Assembly: GCA_050250375.1 (NCBI GenBank)
Contig: JBFWOS010000001.1
Coordinates: forward strand, 471,090-535,089
Direction of reading: 5' to 3'
DNA: 64,000 nucleotides
Source of the DNA: Candidatus Omnitrophota bacterium
GTDB lineage: Bacteria > Omnitrophota > Gorgyraeia > Zapsychrales > Zapsychraceae
Part shown: positions 18,893 to 28,973 of the stretch, in pieces
Numbering within the stretch: the stretch's first letter is position 1
How the letters are laid out: every line of letters begins with the position of its first letter
Made by a program: the position numbers and the translations under genes
Notes under the pieces: generated by a model
What the model saw: the letters and a program-made list of their open reading frames with translations, nothing else
Database searches by the model: none
Told to the model about the DNA's origin: nothing

Positions 18893-20254
18893 TTACCCAA
18901 CTAAATATCTATGAATTTGTTCGGCCGCCATTTTCCCGGACGCAATGGCATCGACGACCGGACCGGCGTTTGAAACGACATTTCCCGCGGCAAAAATGCC
19001 TTTAACATTTGTCATTCCCGTTTGATCATTGATTTTGATTGTATCATTTTCGTTAATTTTGATATTTTTATATTTCTTTCCTATATTCGAATTCGGTTTA
19101 TGTCCGATGGCGATGATTACGGCATCTGCTTCGATAATAAATTCAGAATCAGGCACCGGGATCAATGACCACATCCCGTCAGATTCGACATCCGCATAAT
19201 CGATCCTCACACATTTAACGCCGCCCACAAAATTATCCTGGGTCGGCAAGATCTCTACAGGCTTTACCAGAGGTTCAAAATTGATCCCCTCTTCCATCGC
19301 CAACTTTTTTTCTTCATCACGGACATATAACTCATCCAGTGTCCGACGAAAAACAAGTGAAACCTCCTTTTGCAGCCTGACCAATACACGCGCGCAGTCC
19401 AAAGCCGTATTCCCTGAGCCGATAACAACCACTTTTTGGGCATACGGAATCAATGATTGTTCCGCATATGAACCTGACAGCCGTTTTTGGTTGATCCGCA
19501 TTAAGAATTCTTCGCCATAAAAAACACCTCCCAGATTCGATCCGGGTATTTCCATAAATTTGGGAACACCGGCCCCCATGGCTAACAATATTGACACATA
19601 TCCCTCCGCCTTCAATTCATCCATCGTTTTCGTATATCCGATCAAACAATTTGTCTCAATCTCAACGCCAAGCGCCCTTATTTCATTAATTTCTGTCTCC
19701 AATATTTTCGTCGGGATTCTAAACTCAGGGATACCATATCGCAAAACCCCTCCTGGTTGATCCATGGATTCAAATATACAGACTTGGTATCCTTTTTGAG
19801 CTAAAACAGCTGCGGCGCTTAAACCCGACGGACCTGATCCTATCACGGCAATTTTCATGCCTTTGCGGGACACACTTTCTTTCCGATTCGACCGTTGCCG
19901 AATATTATCTGAAGCATATCTCTCTAAAGTACGAATCCCGATTGGGTTGCTCTCTTCGTTTAAAATGCAGGCCAATTCACATGGAGCTGAACAAATTCGT
20001 CCACAAACAGAAGGTAATGGATTTTGGTCCCGAATAAGTTCGTAGGCTCCGCCAATATTGCCTTCACGCAACCGCCGGATAAATCCCGGAATATTGATCC
20101 CTACAGGACAAGCACGGACACAGACAGGATCGGTACATTGGGGACATCGTCTTGATTCTTCAACCGCTACCCTTTTAGAATACCCGAGAGAAACTTCGTT
20201 AAAGTTTTTTGTCCGTTTCTGCTTTGGCTGGACAGATCCTTTTGGTTGTCCCAT
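18893..20254 (-). CDS. nfnB: NfnB/SudA-like flavoprotein (GltD family), large subunit of NADH-dependent reduced ferredoxin:NADP+ oxidoreductase
   Basis: CxxCxxPxCxxxCP and CGRIC Fe-S motifs, GSGPSG and GSGNTALD. Paired with an nfnA-like gene; no gltB adjacent. Confidence 0.8.
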   Translation of the reverse strand: MGQPKGSVQPKQKRTKNFNEVSLGYSKRVAVEESRRCPQCTDPVCVRACPVGINIPGFIRRLREGNIGGAYELIRDQNPLPSVCGRICSAPCELACILNEESNPIGIRTLERYASDNIRQRSNRKESVSRKGMKIAVIGSGPSGLSAAAVLAQKGYQVCIFESMDQPGGVLRYGIPEFRIPTKILETEINEIRALGVEIETNCLIGYTKTMDELKAEGYVSILLAMGAGVPKFMEIPGSNLGGVFYGEEFLMRINQKRLSGSYAEQSLIPYAQKVVVIGSGNTALDCARVLVRLQKEVSLVFRRTLDELYVRDEEKKLAMEEGINFEPLVKPVEILPTQDNFVGGVKCVRIDYADVESDGMWSLIPVPDSEFIIEADAVIIAIGHKPNSNIGKKYKNIKINENDTIKINDQTGMTNVKGIFAAGNVVSNAGPVVDAIASGKMAAEQIHRYLVG

Positions 20255-21042
20255 ACTTGCTCCTTATACGCATTTAATCGTATTTTGTAATCGTCAAAGT
20301 CAACTTTATGACCATCGAATTCCGGACCGTCAATACAGGCCAGAACCAATTTCCCGCCGACTTTGACCCGGCAAGCCCCGCACATCCCCATACAATCAAC
20401 CATAACCGGATTCAAATGCACGAAGGTTTTAATTTTTTTTGTTTTAGTCATTTGACAGACGGCAACCATCATGTCAACCGTTCCAATGGCATGGACCTGG
20501 TTGATCTTATCATTCTCGATTAAAAGCTTTAGAATGTCAGCCGCAAAACCTCTTCTTTCATAACTGCCGTCTTCAGTTGCGATCAACAGTTTATTGCAAG
20601 CAAGCCTCATTTGAGCCTCAAGTAAAACAGCCCGTTTGGTTTTGGCTCCAATAATACCAACAACCTTATTCCCGGCTTCTTTTAACCCGCGACAAATCGG
20701 AAGAATTTGAGCCGTTCCGATTCCTGTTGCGACACAAACCACAATCCCCTTCTTTTTGATATACGCTGGAACTCCCAAGGGCCCTAAAATAGAAAATATC
20801 TCATCCTTAATCGCCATCGCCGCCAGCTTACTGGAGGTATAACCGACTTCTTTTATGATTATTGTGATTGTTCCTTTGATATTGTCGTGATCGACAACGG
20901 ACAAGGGGATGCTTTCATCCGTCTGGTCAGGGCGTAAACTGATAAACTGGCCGGGCAATATCTTTTGGGCTATGTTCGGAGCCAAGATATCCATACGTTT
21001 GATTTTCTTAGCCAGAATTTGTTTATTGACGATTCTAAACAT
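20167..21042 (-). CDS. nfnA: NfnA/SudB-like FAD and [2Fe-2S] subunit
   Basis: PGQF, GPLG, TEDGS and MVDCMGMCGACRV...CIDGPEFDGHKVD motifs. Confidence 0.85.
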   Translation of the reverse strand: MFRIVNKQILAKKIKRMDILAPNIAQKILPGQFISLRPDQTDESIPLSVVDHDNIKGTITIIIKEVGYTSSKLAAMAIKDEIFSILGPLGVPAYIKKKGIVVCVATGIGTAQILPICRGLKEAGNKVVGIIGAKTKRAVLLEAQMRLACNKLLIATEDGSYERRGFAADILKLLIENDKINQVHAIGTVDMMVAVCQMTKTKKIKTFVHLNPVMVDCMGMCGACRVKVGGKLVLACIDGPEFDGHKVDFDDYKIRLNAYKEQVWDNQKDLSSQSRNGQKTLTKFLSGILKG

Positions 21043-21439
21043 TCTAAGAAATTATTTTATAAACCAATTTTAACTGATTAAATATCCATATGTTAGAAAT
21101 GTTCTTTTCGCAACCAGACTGACCTAATGATGGTCGGTTTATCTTCACGGTTTCTGATGACAAAATAAGTCATTTGTTTGAAATTTTATAGAAGACTATT
21201 ACACGTGATCGTATCTTATCAACCAATGGCATCCAATGAATATTTCACATTGTAATCCAATTTGCCTTTGGTGTCCATCTCAACTTCGGGCCTTATCAAG
21301 ATGCGGATTATCCCAATATCTGAATCTGCCAATTTATTCCTCCCGTGTTATCAAATCTTGCAACAAGCAAAACACCTAAGACACCACTCAAATAAACGGA
21401 TGATTGTCTCAATAATTTCTTTATTATTAACTGGTTAAA

Positions 21440-21628
21440 TTAGATAAATACCCACGGCGGCGGTGTGGGCATCTTTTTTATGATTCCGAAAATTTGGCCA
21501 AGCACAGAAAACGCCCCGCCAATAATTTGACCGGGAATGGCTAAAAGCGAGCACCCGCTTAATGAAACGACCATCAACAATAAGAGTAGGATTAAGAAAT
21601 ATCTAGATGTGAATTTCATTGACACCAT
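21440..21628 (-). CDS. Small lipoprotein
   Basis: Hydrophobic signal with LSGC lipobox, amphipathic tail and PTPPPW end. Confidence 0.65.
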   Translation of the reverse strand: MVSMKFTSRYFLILLLLLMVVSLSGCSLLAIPGQIIGGAFSVLGQIFGIIKKMPTPPPWVFI

Positions 21629-21718
21629 TCATGTTTAACATTGTTACTTATACCACTTTGCAGGGCGACACACCATCAAAACTAAAAATAAAATGAATTC
21701 AATAAAATTTAAAATGCG

Positions 21719-22099
21719 CTACTTAACATCCATAGAATTAAAGGCCTCTTTGGCGGCAAACAACGCGTTTAATGCCGCCGGGAATCCGGCATAGACGGAC
21801 ATTTGCATGATAGTTTCAACAATTTCCTCTTTACTGCACCCTGCATTCACCGCATTTGAAACATGCGCCTTTAGTTGGTCCTTGGCATACCCAAGCGTCG
21901 TCAACGAAGCGATCGTTATTAATTCCCTGACTTTAATATCAAGCCCTGGTCTGGAATAAATATCGCCATAAGGAAACTCAATAACAAATTTGGCCATATC
22001 CGGACTGATATCCTTCAATAAATTGAGAATTCTTTCCCCAGCCTCGCTGTTAATTTTATCTAGTGTTGCCAAACCTTTTTTATACCGATCTTCTGTCAT
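21719..22099 (-). CDS. Carboxymuconolactone decarboxylase (CMD/AhpD-like) family protein
   Basis: YGDIYSRPGLD..RELITIA, QLKAH and YAGFPAA motifs. Confidence 0.92.
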   Translation of the reverse strand: MTEDRYKKGLATLDKINSEAGERILNLLKDISPDMAKFVIEFPYGDIYSRPGLDIKVRELITIASLTTLGYAKDQLKAHVSNAVNAGCSKEEIVETIMQMSVYAGFPAALNALFAAKEAFNSMDVK

Positions 22100-22102
22100 G
22101 GC

Positions 22103-24187
22103 CTACAATTTCATAAATACTCTTGTTTCCATTGATTCAGGGGAAATAACTGAATACATCCCCATACCTTCAATGACTTTAAAACTATTAACAATCGGAA
22201 TTATTACATGATCGAAATATATTTTTCGATTCTCCATATCACTGGAAGCTGCTCCATAAGCCCTAATGGTATCTTCCATATTCATGGCGTCATGAACATT
22301 GGCTTCGAGGTCCCCTTTTATGTCCTGAATAACGGCCTTAATTTCTTTCAATTCAATCTGTTGATCGGAGACGTCCCGTCCTTCTGCTTCCATCTGCGAA
22401 ATCGTCGATTCAAGTTCTGTGAGTTTCTGTTCCTTTTGTTTTAGTTCTCTCTCATCATTTTCAATATCTTTTTGAACCTGCGTCAGGCGCAATTTAGCCC
22501 CATCTTTAAACGCTTCTTTCTTTTGATCATTAGCTGCAACCCAATTATTTGACCACTCCAAAATCGAGGCCATTTTAAAAGCAAGTTCATCAATCTTTAA
22601 AAATTGTACGCCAATATTTTTATTCGTTAAACCTTTGTTTAAAATTTTAAACGATGGATTACTTGTTAACGAGGTTGTCGTTTTCTTTGATGAATCAATA
22701 GAATTCTTTAACAATTCCTTATTAACGGATATAAGCAAATAATCGTTTAGGAAACAGTACCCCGGAGACACATATTCAGCCACCGGAAGATTTATATAAT
22801 TCAAACCTATACCATTATAACTCTCACTTTGGAACATGATCGCAGGCTGGTTTTTTAATAACCCTAATAATTTTTCAACTTTAGCCTGATCTTTAACCTT
22901 TATAAACAAAACTAGTTCCGGAATGGGAAAATTACGGTCAATATGGATATCTTTCATATATCCGCCAATTTCATCTCCAAAGGCCGGGAGAATATCCCCG
23001 TCTATTGTCAAACCGATCATTTGTTCGTATTGTTCAATTTGTTTTGTTACGGAAGGCTGCCCGGGCACACTTGACAATTCTAGTTCTTTCTTCGTCTCCT
23101 CCCAGTAATAACTCAGATCAAAACAATTCCCCCAAGAATACGCAAGAGAATTTGATGGGGTAAAGTTGATACTTTGGTTTTCTTCGTTCTTACAAGCAGA
23201 ATAATACTTTGCCGTAGATTCACTCATACGCTTCAAATCATATAATATATCAAATTTCATTTCAAACAAATCAACCCACGCTAACGAAATATTGACCGAT
23301 TTGAATCCTCTCAGAGAATCAAAAGTTTGTTGCATCTGCCTCTTCATTTCTGCCTGAGCCTCTAATCCTGGCAATTCATCCAATTTTTCCTCTAAACTCA
23401 AAAACAGGGTTTCTATATTGAAGAAAGTTATCATTTCGGGGTTTGCAACGTATTTTTCCTTCGCTAATAAATAATTATTATCTTTCGATAGAGAATTGGC
23501 AGCCCCCTGAAAAATATCAATACTTTTCTGGACTGCGAATTTCCCGACCCCCATAATCATTAAATCCTTTATCCGAGTATATACGAATTTATATGGGACA
23601 CCTTGAATTGACACAATCTTTATTTCTTGGTTTTTATATACTTCGTCCTCAATGGTTACGTTATCACCTAATTGCCCGAATGAACCGGAAATAAATTCTG
23701 CTATCTGTGATTGGGCATCAAGCCTGGTAACCAAAGATAAATTCGAAAAAACTTCGTCCAACAAAAGCTGAAGTCCTTGAGTCCCAGCCTGAGAAAGTGT
23801 CGAAAAATCAAAATCAGGTTCATATATGGCAAATGCGACATCTTTACTAAAGAATTTTCTAAATATTTCATTTTCTTTAGGATTTTCCAACGACTTTTTC
23901 AATATCTGGTAAACCATTGCTTCCTGCTTACTTAAAAGATTATTCTTAAGCAATACATCGAAATCGACAGCACTCAATCTTTTCCAAAAAGATGTGCTTA
24001 AAATCTTATCGATATTTTTCTTTGTATTTCTTAATTCCAAATAGAAAAGCGGTTTCTGGGGCATAATATTTTCTATTTCGAATTGGGATGAAACGAATAA
24101 ATTAACGCCCCCTTTTTTCATAAAGAAATATGTTACACCTCCCGCCATTAATAACACAATTAAAACAATCAAAACTACTTTCTTCAT
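22103..24187 (-). CDS. Membrane-anchored DUF3352-like protein with a coiled-coil insertion
   Basis: N-terminal TM, DILPAFGDEIG-type motif and a heptad-rich segment near the C-terminus. Confidence 0.6.
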   Translation of the reverse strand: MKKVVLIVLIVLLMAGGVTYFFMKKGGVNLFVSSQFEIENIMPQKPLFYLELRNTKKNIDKILSTSFWKRLSAVDFDVLLKNNLLSKQEAMVYQILKKSLENPKENEIFRKFFSKDVAFAIYEPDFDFSTLSQAGTQGLQLLLDEVFSNLSLVTRLDAQSQIAEFISGSFGQLGDNVTIEDEVYKNQEIKIVSIQGVPYKFVYTRIKDLMIMGVGKFAVQKSIDIFQGAANSLSKDNNYLLAKEKYVANPEMITFFNIETLFLSLEEKLDELPGLEAQAEMKRQMQQTFDSLRGFKSVNISLAWVDLFEMKFDILYDLKRMSESTAKYYSACKNEENQSINFTPSNSLAYSWGNCFDLSYYWEETKKELELSSVPGQPSVTKQIEQYEQMIGLTIDGDILPAFGDEIGGYMKDIHIDRNFPIPELVLFIKVKDQAKVEKLLGLLKNQPAIMFQSESYNGIGLNYINLPVAEYVSPGYCFLNDYLLISVNKELLKNSIDSSKKTTTSLTSNPSFKILNKGLTNKNIGVQFLKIDELAFKMASILEWSNNWVAANDQKKEAFKDGAKLRLTQVQKDIENDERELKQKEQKLTELESTISQMEAEGRDVSDQQIELKEIKAVIQDIKGDLEANVHDAMNMEDTIRAYGAASSDMENRKIYFDHVIIPIVNSFKVIEGMGMYSVISPESMETRVFMKL

Positions 24188-24969
24188 AACTCCTCCACAT
24201 TTATCCCAAAAAAACTTTTGGCATTTTGATTAAATTGAATCACGGCATTCTCATGTTTTATTTTTTTTAGTTCACAGTAAGCATCCAACGTTTTAAACAC
24301 ATCTTTAGGCTCAGACTTAAAGCCTACTCCTTTATCTTTATCATTAAAAAAGACCGGACAATCTGTCTCAATCATTGTTTGTTCGATCGGAGCATATTCC
24401 ACGGCCTCCCTCGATTGAGGACTGTAGGCCAGGCTAGGCGTGGTCGAGATATAATATCCTTGCTCCAATATATCTTTAAGGACGTCCAGCGGACCGCTGT
24501 ACCAGTGAAATTCCGCTTTCTTCAAACCAATGCCCTTAACCGTATCAAAACATTCCCGCCAGGCCCCCCTTGAATGGACTACAACCGGCAGATTATATTC
24601 ATGGGCGAGCAAAAGAAAATCTTTGAATACTTTCCTTTGTTCGTCTTTCTTTTCCTGATCTTTACGAACCCATTTATACCAAAAATCCAATCCGATTTCA
24701 CCAATAACAGTCAGTTCAGATATATGCTCTCGGATAAAATCTAAACACGGGTTTAAACTGATGAGACTTGCTTCCGATGGATGCATCCCCATCCCCAAAT
24801 AAATTCTGGGCTTCAAATACTCTTGTTTTATTTTCAGAGAATTCTTGCACGATTCAAGATCCATGCTCACGGCTACAATAGCCTTCACTCCTGATTGATA
24901 CGCGCTGTTTAAAGCCGATTCCAAATTTTCCAGATGATCAAGGTGTGCATGCGTGTCAAAAGTGATCAT
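24184..24969 (-). CDS. tatD: TatD-family nuclease (probable start 24969)
   Basis: DTHAHL, GMHP, IGEIGLD, VHSR and ETDCP motifs. Confidence 0.93.
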   Translation of the reverse strand: MITFDTHAHLDHLENLESALNSAYQSGVKAIVAVSMDLESCKNSLKIKQEYLKPRIYLGMGMHPSEASLISLNPCLDFIREHISELTVIGEIGLDFWYKWVRKDQEKKDEQRKVFKDFLLLAHEYNLPVVVHSRGAWRECFDTVKGIGLKKAEFHWYSGPLDVLKDILEQGYYISTTPSLAYSPQSREAVEYAPIEQTMIETDCPVFFNDKDKGVGFKSEPKDVFKTLDAYCELKKIKHENAVIQFNQNAKSFFGINVEEL

Positions 24970-24973
24970 TCCG

Positions 24974-25411
24974 TTAACTTTCCAATATAAACGTAACCGG
25001 TCCGTCATTAACCAGCGACACTTCCATCATCGCCCTAAACCGGCCGGATTCTACTTTAACCGTTTGTTGCTTAAGCTGTTTAATAAAATAATCATACAGC
25101 ATTTCTGCTTGGGCAGGTTCCGCAGCCTGATCGAAAGAAGGCCGGCGGCCTTTGCGGCAATCGCCATAAAGCGTAAATTGCGACACGACCAAAAAATCGG
25201 CCGTTATGTCTAAGGCGGACAAATTCATCTTACCTTGAGCGTCTTCAAACATCCTCAATTGACATATTTTCTGAACAAAATAATCAGCCAATTCGGACGA
25301 ATCGTCTTTGGAGATCCCCAGAAAAACCAAAACCCCAACCCCAATAGCCCCGACGATTTCAGAATCTACTTTTACATCTGCCTGTTTTACTCTTTGAAGA
25401 ACTAATTTCAT
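24974..25411 (-). CDS. dtd: D-aminoacyl-tRNA deacylase
   Basis: QRV, VSQFTL, KGRRPSF and NDGPVT motifs. Confidence 0.97.
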   Translation of the reverse strand: MKLVLQRVKQADVKVDSEIVGAIGVGVLVFLGISKDDSSELADYFVQKICQLRMFEDAQGKMNLSALDITADFLVVSQFTLYGDCRKGRRPSFDQAAEPAQAEMLYDYFIKQLKQQTVKVESGRFRAMMEVSLVNDGPVTFILES

Positions 25412-25520
25412 AATTAATATTACTAATATATCGTAGACTTTAGCATATTTGTACTTTATCGGTCAATTATAAAATCTGTATTTATTGACAGCACCTTGCT
25501 TTTATGTTAGAAAAACCATC

Positions 25521-27749
25521 ATGAAACTTAAAAAAGTTTTGGAAGACCATGCCTTTTCTCAGGCCGCTTGTGATACATTCCTCAGTTTTGGCATACAAGA
25601 TCTTTACCCTCCCCAATCCCAAGCCATTCAAAAAGGAATCCTGAAAGGAAAAAGCCTGCTCATGGCCGTACCTACTGCTGCGGGCAAGACCCTGATCGCT
25701 GAACTTTGCATGGTCCATTCTATCTTAGAGAATAACGGACGGTGTCTTTATATTGCACCTTTAAAAGCATTGGCGAGTGAGAAATATAATGACTTCAAGA
25801 AAAAATATGAACATCTGGGAATTCGAGCTGGACTGGCTATCGGTGATAACGACACCCCCAACCGCCAGCTTAACCGATATAATATTGTCATTGCCACTGC
25901 CGAAAAGGTGGATTCTCTCATGCGGTCAAAGGCCAAATGGCTGGTTGATGACCTGACGGTCGTCGTTCTGGATGAAATACATTTTATCAATGATGGATCC
26001 AGAGGGCCTACGATGGAAATCCTAACCGCCAGAATCAAAGAATTAAATCCTGACATTCAAATACTTGCGCTCAGCGCAACAATCAGTAATGCCGATGAAA
26101 TGGCTCAGTGGCTTGGGGCAAATCTCGTGACCAGCAAATGGCGTCCGATTCCCTTAAAAGAAGGCGTCTATTTTAACGGGCAGATTGATTTCGGTGATTC
26201 GGCAAACCGTGTTATTACCGAGGAGGCCCCCGATGATGTCAGCAAATTGACACTGGATACTCTACGCGCCAAAGGTCAGGTCCTGATTTTTGTCGGCTCA
26301 AGACGGTCCGCTCAATCCGTCAGCCGTGAAGTCTGTCGTTCCGTAGCAAAAACCCTGAGTGAAGATGAGAAAAAAAAACTTTCCGATTTAGCCAAAAAAA
26401 TCTTAGGGTCTTCTTCCGATTCTACCAAAATCTGCGAAAAGCTCGCAGAGGTTATTAAACATGGCGTCGCTTTTCACCATGCTGGGCTTAAACCCCGGCA
26501 ACGGGAATTGATCGAAGAAAATTTCAAAAGTAATCTCATTAAAGTTATTGGATGCACCCCAACCTTGGCTGCTGGAGTAAACCTCCCTGCGAGACGGGCT
26601 ATTATCCGCGATTGCAAACGATATGAAAGCGGCCTCGGTAGCGCCTATATACCAACTTCCGAATATAAACAATGCGCGGGCCGGGCCGGACGACCTCAAT
26701 ATGATGACTATGGAGAGGCCGTCCTTGTCGCCAAGACCTTGTCCGAATCGGCAACATTATTTGAACGGTATATCCTTGCAGAGCCCGAACCTGTTATTTC
26801 CAAGCTGGCGAATGAATCTGCCTTGCGTATCCATATTCTGTCTTCGATTGCCGGAGGTTACGTCTTTGACGTCAAAGGCATGCTTAACTTTATTACGCAC
26901 ACGTTTTTACATCACCAGAATCTTGAACCCAACCTTTTGGAAATGATCACGGATATCTTTGATTTTCTATACAGAGAACAATTTATTGAAAAAACCGGCG
27001 ACCGTTTTTTTGCAACGCCATTGGGAAGTTTAACCAGCCGGATTTATATAGATCCAATTACGAGCATCCTAATCCGACAAGGAATAAATCAAATCACGGA
27101 CGATAAGCCTTATTCGGATATCGGCATGCTGCACCTCATCACCTGCACTCCTGATTGCCCGACCCTAAAAGGCCTCGGAAAAGAACTTATTGAAGAACTC
27201 GAGCAATTTTCGACCCATTTCCACAATGAATTCCTTTTAACCCCCGAGAACACCTCCATCTTAGATGACTTTTATTTTTATTTATCTTCAATCAAGACTA
27301 CGTGGATGCTGAATCAATGGATGGAGGAAGACCGGGATGATGCCATATGTGACAAATTTAATATCGGGCCAGGAGATATTTACCGGCATGTTGAATCTAC
27401 ACAATGGTTATTATATGCAGCCACAACGATAGCCGACCTGTATTTAAAGAAATCCCTGACTTTCAAAATAGATAACTTGAGAAACCGTATCCGTTACGGA
27501 ATAAAAGAAGACTTGCTTGAGCTTGTCCAACTCAAGGGCATCGGAAGAGTCCGCGCCCGTCATTTATTAAACAACGGGATCATCAAACTCAAAGATCTAC
27601 AATTTGTCTCTACGGAACAATTAGCAGAAATACCGACCATAGGAATCGGGCTGGCCAAAGACATTAAACAGCAATTAATTAAGAATTCCATCAAAAGCCC
27701 CCTCGTTTCAGCAACAAGAAACAGTACTGGTGACTCTTGGGATGAGTGA
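25521..27749 (+). CDS. Hel308/Hjm (Ski2-like) SF2 DNA helicase, archaeal type (probable start 25521)
   Basis: LYPPQ, PTAAGKT, PLKALASEK, DEIH, SATI.NA, WRPIPLKEGV, AFHHAGL, TPTLAAGVNLPAR, GRAGRPQYD and RIRYGIKEDLLELVQLKGIGRVRAR (C-terminal HhH domain with the RAR motif). Confidence 0.9.
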   Translation: MKLKKVLEDHAFSQAACDTFLSFGIQDLYPPQSQAIQKGILKGKSLLMAVPTAAGKTLIAELCMVHSILENNGRCLYIAPLKALASEKYNDFKKKYEHLGIRAGLAIGDNDTPNRQLNRYNIVIATAEKVDSLMRSKAKWLVDDLTVVVLDEIHFINDGSRGPTMEILTARIKELNPDIQILALSATISNADEMAQWLGANLVTSKWRPIPLKEGVYFNGQIDFGDSANRVITEEAPDDVSKLTLDTLRAKGQVLIFVGSRRSAQSVSREVCRSVAKTLSEDEKKKLSDLAKKILGSSSDSTKICEKLAEVIKHGVAFHHAGLKPRQRELIEENFKSNLIKVIGCTPTLAAGVNLPARRAIIRDCKRYESGLGSAYIPTSEYKQCAGRAGRPQYDDYGEAVLVAKTLSESATLFERYILAEPEPVISKLANESALRIHILSSIAGGYVFDVKGMLNFITHTFLHHQNLEPNLLEMITDIFDFLYREQFIEKTGDRFFATPLGSLTSRIYIDPITSILIRQGINQITDDKPYSDIGMLHLITCTPDCPTLKGLGKELIEELEQFSTHFHNEFLLTPENTSILDDFYFYLSSIKTTWMLNQWMEEDRDDAICDKFNIGPGDIYRHVESTQWLLYAATTIADLYLKKSLTFKIDNLRNRIRYGIKEDLLELVQLKGIGRVRARHLLNNGIIKLKDLQFVSTEQLAEIPTIGIGLAKDIKQQLIKNSIKSPLVSATRNSTGDSWDE

Positions 27750-27754
27750 GCGCC

Positions 27755-28486
27755 TTAAAGATATTTTGAAGATTTTACTTTTCTTTCAAGATGATAAACA
27801 AAAAAATTATTAAGAATATATTTTAACTCGGCCTTTACTTTCTTAGTCAGCCCCAAACGCAGACACTCCTCCCATTTGCTTAATTCTACATGAAGTATCG
27901 TCGAGATCGCCCCCTTGGAAATTATCGTAAAACTTGTTTCAATCGTGGGACATTCCTGACAGACAAGGCCGCCCGAAACCATACTAAACCGGACCTTACC
28001 ATCAATTTTTTTATCACATTTGACACAGCTGTCCAGATGAGGGCTAAATCCCGAAAGCTGTAACATTTTAATCTGATAAATATAAATCAGCCTGTCTATA
28101 TCCGTTTCCATCTGGAGTCGTTCAAAAAACCTGTTCATCAGGCTGTACACATCCTGGTTCACCTGTTCTGTCTGCATAATCTTATCAACGAGTTCTAGCG
28201 CATAATTGGCCGCTATGTTTTTCTCATAATTTTCCCTGATCCGAAAATAATACTGTTTAAGGTCACAATGGCTGATCAGGTGCAAATCAGAGTTTCTGTA
28301 ATGATAATACACAAGGTCATTGACGGAATATTTGTCGACGCTGCTTCCGAATTTCTTTGGATCCTTCCTTATACCTTTCATAATACCGGTTATTTTCCCA
28401 TATTCTTTCGTAAAAAAAGTGACAATACGACTAGTCTCTCGATAATCGAATGATTTAAGCACGATGGCTTCAGTTTTTGGGATCAT
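27755..28486 (-). CDS. recO: DNA repair protein RecO
   Basis: AIVLKSFDYRETSRIVTFFT..GKI OB fold, with a CxxC...CxxC zinc finger. Confidence 0.93.
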   Translation of the reverse strand: MIPKTEAIVLKSFDYRETSRIVTFFTKEYGKITGIMKGIRKDPKKFGSSVDKYSVNDLVYYHYRNSDLHLISHCDLKQYYFRIRENYEKNIAANYALELVDKIMQTEQVNQDVYSLMNRFFERLQMETDIDRLIYIYQIKMLQLSGFSPHLDSCVKCDKKIDGKVRFSMVSGGLVCQECPTIETSFTIISKGAISTILHVELSKWEECLRLGLTKKVKAELKYILNNFFVYHLERKVKSSKYL

Positions 28487-28499
28487 AGAAGAGAATCGT

Positions 28500-28973
28500 C
28501 TAAGCGATTACTTTATTGATTAAAACATCTAGATGGCTAAGAACTTCCTGCTCTTTGATACGCATCCGGCGAATATCAGCCGCTTCGTGGTCATCATATC
28601 CTAACAAATGGAGTATGCCGTGGACAATATACAGCACTAATTCATGCTGTTCCGTCGTTTTGAACTTTTGAGAATTTTGTTTAGCCGCGTCCGTAGATAT
28701 TACAATATCCCCAATAACTTTTCCGTGAAGTTCTTTGCCCGATTTGGCGTGGACAAGCCCATTACCCCCCAGATTAAAAGCCAATACGTCTGTGGCATAA
28801 CTTCGGTTGAGAAATTTCTTATTGAGGGCTCGAATTTTCTGGCTGGAAACAAAAACTATCGACAAAACAGAATTCTTGATCTTAAGATATTGAAGAATCA
28901 CCTGGACGATGTTCTTGATCTGATTGGTCTGAAGAGGAATCTTTTTCTGAAGGTTTGTTATGACGATTTCCAT
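28500..28973 (-). CDS. ybeY: rRNA maturation endoribonuclease YbeY (probable start 28973)
   Basis: TDVLAF, GDIVIS and HGILHLLGYDD motifs. Confidence 0.95.
   Translation of the reverse strand: MEIVITNLQKKIPLQTNQIKNIVQVILQYLKIKNSVLSIVFVSSQKIRALNKKFLNRSYATDVLAFNLGGNGLVHAKSGKELHGKVIGDIVISTDAAKQNSQKFKTTEQHELVLYIVHGILHLLGYDDHEAADIRRMRIKEQEVLSHLDVLINKVIA

Noticed and set aside
18893-20254. Glutamate synthase small subunit (gltD)
   Set aside because: No gltB is adjacent, and the pairing with an NfnA/SudB-like gene fits NfnAB better.
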